Positions 22,983 to 34,952 of a stretch of 64,000 nt of DNA are shown here, piece by piece. How positions within the stretch are numbered: the stretch's first letter is position 1; every line of letters starts with the position of its first letter. The stretch lies in contig NC_090397.1 in NCBI RefSeq assembly GCF_036365525.1, forward strand, positions 67,833,781 to 67,897,780, read 5' to 3'. A model generated the notes under the pieces. It was not told the DNA's origin, did not search any database, and saw nothing but the letters and a program-made list of their open reading frames with translations. The DNA is from Heterodontus francisci (taxonomy: Eukaryota). The position numbers and the translations under genes were made by a program.

Positions 22983-23315
22983 GTTACTTTAGAAATGCTG
23001 TTTACTGGAGAACCTATTTCTGCCCATGTTGCGCTGTTGCATGGGCTAGTTAGCAGAGTGGTGCCTGAGGACAAGTTGGATGAAGTGACGATGAAAATTG
23101 CGAGCAAAATCTGTGAAACGAGCAGATCTGTTGTTGCGCTGGGAAAAGCCACATTTTACAAGCAAATGGCCCAGAACCGAAACGAGGCATATCAAATCGC
23201 TACACAGGTGATGGTGGACAACTTGGCGTTGAAGGATGGTCAGGAAGGAATCCAGTCCTTTATACAGAAGAGAAAACCTGTCTGGACACATTCCACAGAG
23301 AAGGTGTACGAATAA
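22983..23315 (+). CDS. ECHDC3: ECHDC3 last coding exon, VTLEMLFTGEPISA...DGQEGIQSFIQKRKPVWTHSTEKVYE*
   Basis: 333 nt including TAA. The five exons sum to 945 nt (314 aa plus stop) with no frameshift. Confidence 0.98.
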   Translation, partial: VTLEMLFTGEPISAHVALLHGLVSRVVPEDKLDEVTMKIASKICETSRSVVALGKATFYKQMAQNRNEAYQIATQVMVDNLALKDGQEGIQSFIQKRKPVWTHSTEKVYE

Positions 23316-23490
23316 CAATGTTTGTTGTTTAGGTGTGTGCAGTGATTTGGTACGTGCTTCCACAGAGTTCAACCATGAAATCTAATTAGAGATCTCTGTA
23401 AATTTCCCAATGTGAGATTGGATTCACTTCAGGGAACATAATTTGTACCAGTATGGAATGAATTGTAAATAGAAAATGGACATCATTAGA

Positions 23491-23496
23491 AATAAA
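23491..23496 (+). terminator. Candidate ECHDC3 polyadenylation signal AATAAA
   Basis: First AATAAA after the stop codon, about 175 nt downstream and before repeat-derived sequence begins. Confidence 0.5.
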
Positions 23497-24334
23497 GGAA
23501 AAATATAATTTGCTGTAGAATTAATGAAAATACAAAGAAATTTTATGATGAAACACAACTCGGGACTATAGAAGCATACATGAGGCCATTTGGCCCATCG
23601 TGTCTGTACCAGCTCTTTGAAAAAGCTATCCAATTAGTCCCACTCCCTGCTCTTTCCTACGTAGCCCTGCAATTATTTCCTTTGCAAGTATTTATCCAAT
23701 TCCCTTTTGAAAGTTATTATTGAATCCGTTTCCATCACCCTTTCAGGCAGTGCATTCCAGTTCACATCAATTCACTGTTAAAAAAGAAATTCTTCTCTTG
23801 CCTCTGGTTCTTTCTGCAGTTACCATAAATCTCTGTGCTCTGGTTCCGGAACCACCTACCAGTGTCAACTATTGGGTTATTAATTATTATTCTGCTCAGA
23901 ATCAAAGGTGATGCTGAGTTCCCTGATAACTGAGTGAGTTTAACCAGTGTGTATAGTAGCTCACCTGTACGGATGAGGAAGTACCAGGTTTATTTCTCAC
24001 CGTGTGCTGAATTAATTAATCTTAGCTGGTGGCAGTACCATAACAGGCCTCAGCATTCACTGGTTACAGAAGAGAAATCAGCTGGAGTCTCTACCACTGA
24101 TTGCTCACCCAGTAACACTCTGCGAGCATATCTGTGTGAGGATATGATCAGATTCAACGTGACCCTCCTCTTCACGGTCAAAACAGTCAGCCAACACCCA
24201 CACTGACTCTGTCAAAGTTCCCAAATGAATAATGGTCACTTGGGGTGGGGTTTGGGACCAGTGTCCTTTGAAGCATATACCAGCAAGGAGTCAAGACTTT
24301 CAGACAAGATCGGGGAAAATTGTCAACAAACGAC

Positions 24335-24800
24335 TTCAGAGAAGGTACACTAGGTTGATTGCTGGGATGGGGTTGTCTTATTGGCATGTTCTGCCTGTAC
24401 TCATTGGAGTTTAGAAGAACGATGGGTGATCTCATTGAAACATATAAGATTCTGAGGGGGCTTGACGGAGTGGATACAGAAAGGATGTTTCCCCTCGTGG
24501 GGTAATCTAGAACTAGGGAGCACAGTTTCAAAATAAGGGGTCTCCCATTTAAGATGGAAATGAGGAGGAATTTCTTCTCTTAGGGGGTTGTGAATCTTTG
24601 GAATTCTGTTCCTCAGAGAGCTGTGGAGGCTGAGTCATAGAATGTACTCAAGGTTGAGATAAGCAGGTTCTTGAATGATAAGGGATTCAAGGGTTGTGGG
24701 GATCAGGCAGGGAAGTGAAGTTGAGGCTAAGATCTTATAGAATGGCAGAGCAGGCTCGAGGGGCTGAATGGCCTACTCCTGCTCATATTTCTTATGTTCT
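24335..24800 (+). mobile_element. CR1 LINE 3' fragment
   Basis: GDLIETYKILRGLD and VVNLWNS motifs; tail GGCTGAATGGCCTACTCCTGCTC. Confidence 0.9.
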
Positions 24801-25951
24801 TCTGATGACAAGGAAGCTTCAATCTCCATCTCCTGATCTCAGGGGAGCTTTACATCTCAATTCAACCCGAAGATGGCAGTAGGCTTCAAACTTATCCACT
24901 GAACTAAAGTAGCCCGCAAGGATTAGAGCTATAAGTTATCAAAATTACAGAAAAAAGTATTTTCAAGGGGTTGTGTGTAGTTTTAGATGGAGTTCTGCAA
25001 AGGTGTGAAATCCATTTTTCCCAGTGTTCTTTCAAAAACTAGTTGTTACAATTTGGGGTTTTATTGCACTGTTTACTCTCTCAAAGGTTTCACTGAGGTT
25101 TCTGTAAACAAACATTCATTTAAGATAATGTGCTCCTTGCAGAGTTGCATAAGCCAAGGATTAGTAATTATTCTACTTGTAATAATCTTTGTTAAACATA
25201 GTTTTGCATCAGACTACAATATACATTTTCGAATAGCAGATAAACTTAGATTGGGTTTTAACATTTACACAGAGAAATCAAATACAAAACTTTGATTAAT
25301 ACTACAAGATATAAAACATAAATAGAATGAAGAACCTCTATTAGTGTAGTTTTAAATATGTAAATATATTCATAGGAAAAGTTTGGTTTTAAATAGCAAA
25401 TTAAATCTTGTTTTGCCTCTCGTACCCCTTTTTCTGTTAGTGTCTCTTATCAAAAGAAAGGCTTGCAAATGTTGTATCTCATGGAATCATGGAATAGTTA
25501 CAGCACAGAAGGAGACCATTCAGCCCATCTAGTCATTGCCAGCTCACTGCAAAAGCATTCCAGCTAGTCCCACTCCCCCTCCCTTTCCCCTGCACATTTT
25601 TTACACTTCAAGTGCTTGTCTAATTCCCTTTTGAAAGTCACAATTGTCCCTCACGTACTGAATCCAGAGTGATTTTTTTTATTCTGTCATGGGATGCGGG
25701 CCTCACTGGCAAGGCCAGCATTTATTGCCCATCCCTAATTGCTGTAGAGAAGGTGCTGGTGAGCTACTCACTTGACAACTGAGTGGCTTGCTAGGCCATT
25801 ACAGAGGGCAGTTAAGACACAACCACATTGCTGTGGGTCTGGAGTCACATGTAGGCCAGACCAGGTAAAGATGGCAGATTCCCTTCTCTAATGGACATAA
25901 ATGAACCAGATGGCTTTTTACAACAATCAAGTAGTTATATTACCACCATGT

Positions 25952-26085
25952 GTTCTGATGAAGGGTCACAGATCTGAAGCGTTAACTCTGTTTCTCTCTA
26001 CACAGATGTTGCCAGACCTGCTGAGTATTTCCGGCACGTTCTGTTCTCATTTCAGAGTTCCAGCATCTGCAGTCATTTACTCTTA
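25952..26085 (+). mobile_element. Short Penelope 3'-end unit with hammerhead motif, nested in a SINE
   Basis: GTT-CTGATGA-A-GGGTC-ACA-GATCT-GAAG-CG-TT-AACT followed by the conserved CAGATG..CAGCATCTG tail. It interrupts the SINE at 25.7-26.2 kb. Confidence 0.8.
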
Positions 26086-26599
26086 TATTATCATCATTAC
26101 TGATACTAGTTTTTTAAAATATAAATGACCAGCCACCACGGTGGGATTTAAATTCGCGCCACCAGATCATTAATCGCAGTCTCTGCATTGCCAGTCCTAT
26201 AACATAACCACTATGCTACTGTTGGCATCTAAAACACTAAACAGAATTTTGGAGGAAGGCAGACGCACTTCAGCTGCAGCCGAGTGTGCAGGATGGAAAG
26301 CTGCTCCCAGGCCACTGGCAATCCCAGGAGATGTGCGACAGTGGCTTGAGTTTTCCCCCTTCTTCCTCTGTTGGGGAAGGACTTGAGCTGCGTTTACAGC
26401 ACTCAAGCAGAGATTGGAAAATCGGTACAGTAAGGGAGATCAAATCAATGCATCACCTTTACTCTGGTACCATCCTTTACAATGATGGGAGATGGTGGTA
26501 GAGTGGTAATGTCACTGGACTAGTAATCTAGAGACCCAGGCTAATACTCTGGGGACATGGGTTCAAATCCTACCATGGCAGCTGGTGGAACTTTAATTA

Positions 26600-27678
26600 T
26601 CTGAATATGAACTGGGATAGTAGTAGTGAAAAGGGCAGAGAGGGCAAGAGTTCCTACAGTGTGTTCAGGAAAATTTTCTACAGCTGTATGTTTCCAGTCC
26701 AATGAGAGGGAAGGCACTGCTGGACCTGGTTCTTGGGATCAAATATCAGTAGGAGAGCACTGAGGGGACCGTGATCATTGTATCATAATGTTTAGGTTGG
26801 CTATGGAAAAGGACAAAGAACAATCTAGAGTAAGAATAATTAACTGGGGTAAAGCCAATGTCAATGGAGTAAGAACGTATCTGGGCCAAATAAATTGGAA
26901 TCAAAAGCTGGCAGGAAAAACGGAGCTGAACAATGGGCTACCCTCAAAGAAGAGATAGTTTGGGCACAGACAAGGCATGTTCCCTCGAAGGGGAAAGGTA
27001 GGGTAAACAAATCCAGAGCTCCCTGGATAACAAAAGAGATAGAGATGAAGATGAAAATGTATGCTTAGGACAGATGACCAGTATATAATACAATGGAGAC
27101 CCAGGCTGAATATAAAAGGTTCAGAGGGGAAATGAAAAACCAAATAAGAGAAGAGGGAGTATAAAAAGAGACTGGCAACCAACATAAAAGGGAATCCCAA
27201 AGTCTTTTATAGGCATATAAACAGTAAAAATGTTGCAAAAGGAGGAGTGGGGCTGATAGGGACCAGAAACAGGATATACACATGGAGGCGGGGCAATAGC
27301 TGAGGTGCTAGATGAATACTTTGCATCTGTCTTTACCAAGGAAGATGATGCAACTGAGGTCACTGTGAAAGAGGAGGCAATTAATACACTAGAAGGATTT
27401 AAAATTGATAAGAAGGAGGTGTTAGATAGGCTGTCTATATTTAAAGTTGATAAAACACCAGGACCGGATGAGATGCATCCAAGGATACTGAGAGAAGTGA
27501 GCGTGGAAGTTGTGGAGGCATATTCCAGTCTTCTTTAGACTCAGGAGTGGCGCCAGAGGACTGCAGAACTGCAGATGTTACACCCTTATTCAAAAAAGGG
27601 TGTGAAGATAAGCCCAGCAGCTACAGGCCAGTCAGTTTGACTTTGGTGGTGGGTAAACTTCTAGAAACAATAATTCGG
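26600..27678 (+). mobile_element. CR1 LINE internal ORF2 fragment (endonuclease end to RT start), degenerate
   Basis: LLDLVLG, DHCIIMF, YFASVFTKED, KTPGPDEMHPRIL and YRPVSLT motifs. Confidence 0.92.
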
Positions 27679-27679
27679 G

Positions 27680-28310
27680 CTCCGCTCAGTCCGAAATCAT
27701 GACCCCGAGCTTCCTGTTGATTGCCATTTCAACTCACCACTCTGCTCTCATGTCCACATTTCTGTCCTTGGCCTGCTGCACTGTTCCAGTGAATATCAAC
27801 ACAAGCTTGAGGAACAGGACCTCATCTTTCGATTATGCACTCTACAGCCTGCCGGACTCAACATTGAGTTCAACAATTTCAGAGCACGACTGGCCTTTTT
27901 AAAATTATTTTAAACCATGTGCCTGCCTTAAACTTGTTTTTTCATGTTGTGCTTTTGGACACAGCTGCTCATTATTCTGTCATTGACACTCTCTCTGGAC
28001 TAATGCTTTGTCTTTCACCACGAACATCAACACTTTCTTTGCCTTTATCCCATGACATCTTTGTTATTTAATCTCTCCTGCCCTCTACCCTATCACACAC
28101 CTTCCCTTTTGTTCTCTTCCCCACCAGCCCTACCTTCACTTGCTTTAAACCTAATACATTTCTAACCTTTGCCAGTTCTGATGAAAGGTCACAGACCTGA
28201 AATGTTATCTCTGCTTCTCTCTCCACAGATGCTGCCAGACCTGCTGAGTATTTCCAGCACTTTTTGTTTTTGTTTCAGATTTCCAGCATCTGCAGTATTT
28301 TGCTTTTATA
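27680..28310 (+). mobile_element. Penelope-like element 3' part: GIY-YIG C-terminus, 3' UTR and hammerhead (28174-28210)
   Basis: Translates QHKLEEQDLIFRLCTLQPAGLNIEFNNFRA, then CAGTT-CTGATGA-A-AGGTC-ACA-GACCT-GAAA-TG-TT. Confidence 0.85.
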
Positions 28311-29280
28311 TAATCTTTCCCTTCCCGAACCCAGGAATGCAGAGATCAATTGTAGTACGCTTACTACTGCTCCCAGCTGAGGCTAACAAATGCAGCACAG
28401 ACCAGGGATCAAAGCTGGAAATTTCTGGTTTATATGGCTTAATAACACGCCACATAGTCTGTTTACTCACTAAGCCATGGGGCAGCCACTTCAATATCCC
28501 GTTGTCTTTAAAGCAAGATTTAATCTTATTAATAACCGTGTTGCTCATGTCTTCCTGACTCTCCTCTTCTTGCTCTCCCTGCGTGAAAGAATGGGCTTCC
28601 CAACACTCAGTATTTCCCATGACGACATGGTCAAAGCCAGTGATTATGGAATAGTTGTGATGAGCCTGTGTAATTACGAACGTCACAGTGCACTATGTGG
28701 AAGGATTAATTATGCATCCACATCTCTAAACAAATGCTCATTTTGTTTAGTACATAAACATGTATTATCTATGCATTTCATTGAATCATAGAATGGTTAC
28801 AGCACAGAAGGAGGCATTTAGCTCATCAAGCCATGACGGTTCTCTGCAATTTAGCTAGTCCCACTTCCCCACCCTTTCCCTGTAACCCTACAAATATCTT
28901 CCCTTCAGGTGTTTATCCAATTCCCTTTGGAAAGCCAACATTGAACTTGTCTCCACCACCATCTCGGGCAATACATTCCAAACCCTTATTACTCGCTGCC
29001 TCTTTTGCCAATCACCTTAAATAGGGGCCCTCTGGTTCCTGACCCTTCCACCAATGGGAACAGTTTCTCCCTATCTACTCTGTCCAGACTCTTCATGATT
29101 TTGAGCACCTCTATTAAATCTCCTCTCAACCTTCTCTTCTCTAGAGAACAACCCCAGCTTCTCCAATCTATCCATGTAACTGAAGTCCATCATCCCTGGA
29201 ACCATTCTCGTGAATCTTTTCTGCACCCTCTCTAAAGCCTTCACATCCTTCTAAAATGCAGTACCCAAAAAGGACACAAT

Positions 29281-30000
29281 GGCCAGAATTTTACCGTGGC
29301 CTGAGGGGAGCAATCCACCAACTGAAAAGCCGGTGGCAATCCCACCTTCACCAGGCCTGGGGATCCGGACCGGATTTTACAGTCCCCAGGCCCTTAATTG
29401 ATATTAGTCAGGACTTCCACCTCATTGAGGCAGGAAGTCCCACCTAATGGAAGTGCAGGCCAATCAGCGGGACGGCAGCTCATAGTTCCAGCAGCGCCAC
29501 CAGGAGCGGTGGCCACTACTGGGACTGCAACACAACTGAAGATCTCGGGGAGCGGATAAGTTTTTGGGCCCTCACCAGGGGCGATTGGTCGGGCCCCAGC
29601 GAGGCAAGGGGGGGGAGTCGATTGGGTGGGGGGCGGGGGGCATGTTGGGCATTGGGGGCAGTTTGGGCATTGGGGGGCAGCCGTCCGTCGGTCACAGGGT
29701 GTCTGATCAGGAGGGCCCCTCCCCCCTCAAGGCTGTCAGAAGGCCGCCTAGATTTATCAGATGACTTTTCTGAGGCCTTGGCCGCCCACCCGCCAACAGT
29801 AAAATCCCCATGGTGGCAAGCGGAGGCCCTTAAGTGGCCGTTAATTGGTCACTTAAGGGCTTTGATTGGCCTGGGGTCGGCGAGCCGTTTCTAGCCGCCG
29901 CTGCCCCACGTAAAATGGCGGCAGAGGCGGAGGCAGGTTGGGAAGGGCCCTCCACACTCCCTCCCCCCCCCAATCACCTCCCACTCCATTTTACACCCCC
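29281..30000. mobile_element. GC-rich non-coding MITE-like element (possibly Harbinger-type), one end apparently missing
   Basis: Starts GGCCAGAATTTTAC; internal 14-bp-arm palindrome at 29826-29860. Related ends at 36350-36575 (..TAAAATTCCCC) and near 47416. Confidence 0.5.
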
Positions 30001-30654
30001 AGGACCTTGTTACAAGGGAGCAACAGGTTACATTTATACACCACACTAGAGAATTCCCCAGAGGGCTTTGGAAAAGGAGGGGGGCATCACACAGGGGATA
30101 GGAAAGATTAAAGCGGTACCGAGTTTTTAGGCAGCTTATGAAGGAAGGGAGAAGCAGTAAAATGGTGTCATTTTGGAAGACAGTGCAAAAAAGGATCTTA
30201 GGGATTGAGAATGTTCTGCAATGGAAGAGTCCTGGATGAATCGTATTAGAAACACTGCAAATTGTCCTTCTCCCAAAACCCAACATTTTTATTACATCAG
30301 TGAAATTTCATTCCAGGGTGCCAGCCAACTCCTTAACCTTTATTACAGACCTAAAGGTGAGGCAAACCTTTGCACAAAGTATTTCCCTTAGAGGCAATGT
30401 TATCACTTAATCATTTCAGCTGCAAACACTTTGATCCAAGATAAGCAGTTCTAGCTCAGACCTATTCCCTTTATCCTTTATGTTGAGCTTTTTGTTTAGT
30501 TTGCATTCCATTCCTTTTTGTTACCCTTCATTTACATTAAGGCCTAAGGTGCACTGACTCGCAGACTCAAATCCAAGAAAATATAGATATGGCTGTCTGC
30601 CAACTGGGTGGGGCTGCTCTCACCTGATTCCATTTTTATCCATCTAATCATAGC

Positions 30655-31665
30655 CAGAGAATCGCACGCAATGGCTTCTATTCCAGCTCCCACACCATTA
30701 CCTCTGGTGTTCCCCAAGGATCTATCCATGGCCCCCTCCTATTTCTCATCGTTAAGCTGCCCCTGGGTGAAATCATCCGAAAGCACAGAGTTAGTTTTCA
30801 CATTTACGCTGACAATACCCAGCTCTACTTCACCACACCTCTCTCGACCAATCCACTGTTGCTAAATTATCAGACTGCTTATCCAACATCCAGTATTAGA
30901 TGAGCGGAAACGTCCTCCAATTAAATATTGGAAAAGACCAAAGCCATTGTCTTCAGTCCCCACTAAAAACTGTGTTCTCTAGTTACCAACTCCATCCCTT
31001 TGCCTGGCAACCGTATGAGGCAGAGCCAGGTTGTTCGCAACCTTGGTATCATATTTGACCCCGAGATGAGCTTCCGATCACATATCTCTAATTCCGCCTA
31101 TTTCCACCTCCGTAACATTGCCGAGTCCTACCTTCCCTCAGCTCATCTGCTGCTGAAACCTTCATTCATGTATTTGTTACCTATAAACTTGACTATTTCA
31201 ACGTACTTTGGCTGGTCACCCACATTCTACTCTCCGTAAACTTGAGGTCTTCGAAATCTCTGCTGTCTATGTCCTAAATCGCACCAAGTCCCGTTCACCT
31301 ATCACTCCTTTGTTCACCGAACGGCAGTGGCTCCCAGTTAAGCAACACCTCGATTTTAAAATTCTCATCCATGTTTTCAAATCCCTCCATGGCCTCACCC
31401 CTCCCTATCCATGTAATCTCCTCCAACCCCACAACCCTCCGAGATATCTTCACTCCTCCAATTCTGGCATCTTGAGCATCCCCAATTTTAATTGCTTCAC
31501 CATTGGCAGCCATCCCTTCAGCTGCCTTGACCCTAAACTCTGGAATTCCCTTCCTAATCCTCTCCACCTCTCTTTCTCTTTTTCCTCCTTTAAGATGCTG
31601 CTTATAACCTACCTCTTTGGCCATCTCTTAATATTGCCTTATGTGGCTCCGTGTCATATTCTGCT
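30655..31665 (+). mobile_element. L2-clade LINE 3' fragment
   Basis: GVPQGS, VRNLGIIFD.EMSF, SAYFHLRNIA and WLPVKQHLDFKIL..FKSLHGLTPPY motifs. Confidence 0.92.
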
Positions 31666-31904
31666 CGGATACCGTTTTCTGGCAGGCAGCCATTTACATT
31701 GTTCAGTTACAGGAAGAAAAGGAGAAAGGAGCCTGCGTGCTTAACTTCTTTCTAATCCTAATTCTAGAATATAAATTCAGAAAGGGACACTTGTTAAGAG
31801 TAAAAGCAGCAAAACTCACCACCCCCAACCCCCCACCCGATGGATCTGGATGCTGAGTGTCTCAAAACGAGAGTGGTATCAGAGATGAGTCATATTGCAT
31901 AAGT

Positions 31905-32310
31905 GTCAGTTGTGGCTCTGGTAACACTCTGTGCAGAAGGTTAGGGGTTCAAGTCCCACTCTAGGGTTTAAGCACAAAATCACTGCTCAAATGCATTACT
32001 GAGGGATTGTTGAAGAAGTCATCTTTTGAATGAGATGTTAAACCAAGGTCCTGTTGGCTCTCTCAGGTTGATATAAAACATCCCATTTTGAAGAAGAGCA
32101 GGGGTTTGATCCCCAGTGTCCTGGCCAATATTTATCCCTCAATCAACATCACAAATGAAACAGATAATCTGCTCATTATCACATTATTGTTTGTGGGAGC
32201 TTGCTATGCGCTTCCTACATTACAACTGTGACAAAACTTCATTGGATATAAAGTGCTTTCAGATGTCCTTTGGCCATGAAAGGCGCTATATAAATGCGAG
32301 TCATTTTTCT
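31905..32310 (+). mobile_element. Deu-domain SINE
   Basis: GTCAGTTGTGGCTC head; GTCCTGGCCAATATTTATCCCTCAA core; AAGGCGCTATATAAATGC tail. Confidence 0.85.
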
Positions 32311-32854
32311 CTCAGCTATTTCCATCTCATCAACCATGGTGCACCCACACAGCTATTACCCAAACAGCTGCTCATTCACATAATACTATCCTTACTTTCA
32401 GTCTGAGCCATGTACTCTGAGCTTCTGTGTTAGAGATACACCCTGATTGGAACCATTCACCAGTTTATTTCAGAGATTATTCCGATGGGGATCAAGTGCT
32501 GTTGGGCCTCACATCCATCACCTGACTATGTTGTGTACTTAAATCATTTCAAGTAAAGGAATATCCTGAACAACTGAATAGGAATTATTTTAATGGTTGC
32601 TGTCACTGCAGGAAGTAGTTTCAATCAGGACAACAACCTGCTTCCAAAACTTGTGCCCAAACCCATATGCCATGACAAATACCGAATTTGGGAGAAAAAA
32701 TTAAAGTGCCAATTTTCCTCTTTTCCCCAAAAGCAGGACATTCTTCCACACCCAGTAGCTATTCTCTGGTACCTTACTTAATTATCCATTACATATGCCT
32801 AGACAATGAATCTAACCATGGAGTGTACAATATTCCTGCTGCTGTGCATGTTGT

Positions 32855-33117
32855 ATCTGTGTATGTGTGTGTGTATGTGCATGTATGTGTATATGCACGT
32901 GTGCATGCACATTTGTGTGTGCGTACGCACGTTTGTGTGTATGCATATCTGTGTGTGTGCATGTGTACATGCATGTGTGAGCGTGTATATGCGCATGTGT
33001 GTACATGTATACAACTGCATGTATACATGTGCATGTGTGTGCATGCACCCTTGTGTGTACGTGTTTGTGTGTGCATGGATATGTATGCATGTGTGTGCCT
33101 ATGATTGTGTGTGCGCA
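32855..33117. repeat. Compound (TG/CA/TA) alternating purine-pyrimidine microsatellite
   Basis: Directly visible. Confidence 0.95.
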
Positions 33118-34012
33118 GTCAGGTGATAACAGGATCAGGTTGGCTGTATGCCAGAAATGGTGGGGCCAACTGTTCAATATTAAAATCCAATTCAATATGG
33201 CAGGAAATTTTGCACAAAATCAGTTTGTGCACCTTTTCCACTGTCAAAGCCTTAGCTTTACACAGAAGCTACTTGTATTTTCTTCGTACATATTCCTTTC
33301 TCCTCCTAGGCTGTGAAATTTGACTTGTGCCTAAAACAGGTGCAAACTCCGCTGAGCGCCAGCACATGCTAGCCTGACACCCGAGCCAAACTCGAGTGCA
33401 TGCTCAAGACAGATGTGTCACTGCGTCACTGATCGGGATGAGGGAGGAACTGGCTGGCCCTGTGCTGAAATGACCCAGTGTTAGCAGTGCAGCTCCTGTG
33501 GGATTAGGCAACTCATACAACCCTACCTAGTTTCCATAGCAGCAAAATGGTATGAGGACACACCTGGACAACACAAGTCAAACCCCAAGGGAAATTTTGC
33601 ATTCCATTCCGCTGTTCCTTCTCACATTAAGACTTAGTGAACCGTGCCATTAATTCTCAAAATATTTTTCCATTGACAATTTTCTTCCCTCCCCTCATTA
33701 AGTTCCCAACGCCTGGCTGCAGTACAGTAGCTTGCTCAAGTTTTTTTTTATTAATAATGGGATGTTGGTGCTGCTGGCTAGGCCAGCATTTATTGCACAT
33801 CCCTAATTGCCTTGAGCAGGTGGTGGTGAGCACTTACAACTGAGTGGCTTGCTAGGCCATTTCAGACAGAAGTTAAGAGTCAACCACTTTGGTGTGGGTC
33901 TGGAGTCAGACTGGGTAAGGACAGCAGATTTCCTTCTCTGCAGGACATTAGTGAACCAGTTGGGTTTTTAACAACAATCCAGAAATGTGGTGTTCATTAT
34001 TAATGACTGTAG

Positions 34013-34952
34013 TGTTATGCAGGCCACACCACCCCCCCACCAACCTGCCAAGAATGAGGCACATTAATTTTGTCATATGAACATTGATTTGAAAACTGCT
34101 GAAGTGAAGAAAGGACTTGTTTAAAAAAGAAGAAATCACCAGGCCCTTGGCTGGCAAGACATTTGCAAATTAACAGACTGTGCTTGTGGAGACAAAGGCG
34201 TTACTTCCCTTATCCAATTTAACCCACAATGGACTTTGAGTACCAGACGTTGAAGGTGAGGGAGCTCAAATCTCAGGATGACTGCTAGGATGGCCGACTC
34301 CACAAACAGACGTGGTCAGACCAACTGGTCACGTGACTAGCCTTCTTGGCAACCTGGTTTTTCTGAATTGTACAAAGAATTTTGAAAAGAGAGACTGCAG
34401 TATGCTCCTGGACTGAAGAAGACCTCTCCTGTCTGGCTCTCCCTCTCTTTCTCATAGAACTCCAAATCCATTGAAGACACATGAACCCCAAGAGAGAAAG
34501 GTCTCCTACAGCGAACAAGGTTTAAGAAGAATACTGGGCCCCAATGAAGAGCAAGATCTACCTTCAATCAAAGACTTGACAGTGAGCTCAAAGAACCAAA
34601 ACAAAAACCCTCTTCAGAGATTGCCTCAAACTTTTCTACTTTATTTTCTTCTGCTCTGTTCTGTCCCTATCTGCATGTGTGTATAGAGTATGCATGCTAG
34701 TGTGGGCACATTGTGTATCCATAGACGTTAACTGAATTAGAGTTTAAGTTTAATCAATTTCAACTTTTCTTCTTTAAACCTAAGAAAACCTGTTTGTGCT
34801 GGGTTTCTTTGCCTTATAATTGGAAAGCAGTGAACAAGGATTCACCAAGGGGGAGCTAAAAACACGGTGTGTTTAAAATTAAACCATGTTATGGTAAGAC
34901 CAGGTGAAGGCTGAGATGGAACCCTAGACCCCTTTCTCACCTGATCGTAACA
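34013..34952 (+). mobile_element. Solo LTR copy 1, inserted in a SINE
   Basis: TGTTATG...CGTAACA termini with GTAG on both sides. The host SINE resumes at 34953. Confidence 0.88.

Noticed and set aside
32688-33323. Cys/Val/His-rich ORF cluster
   Set aside because: Translation of a TG/CA microsatellite.
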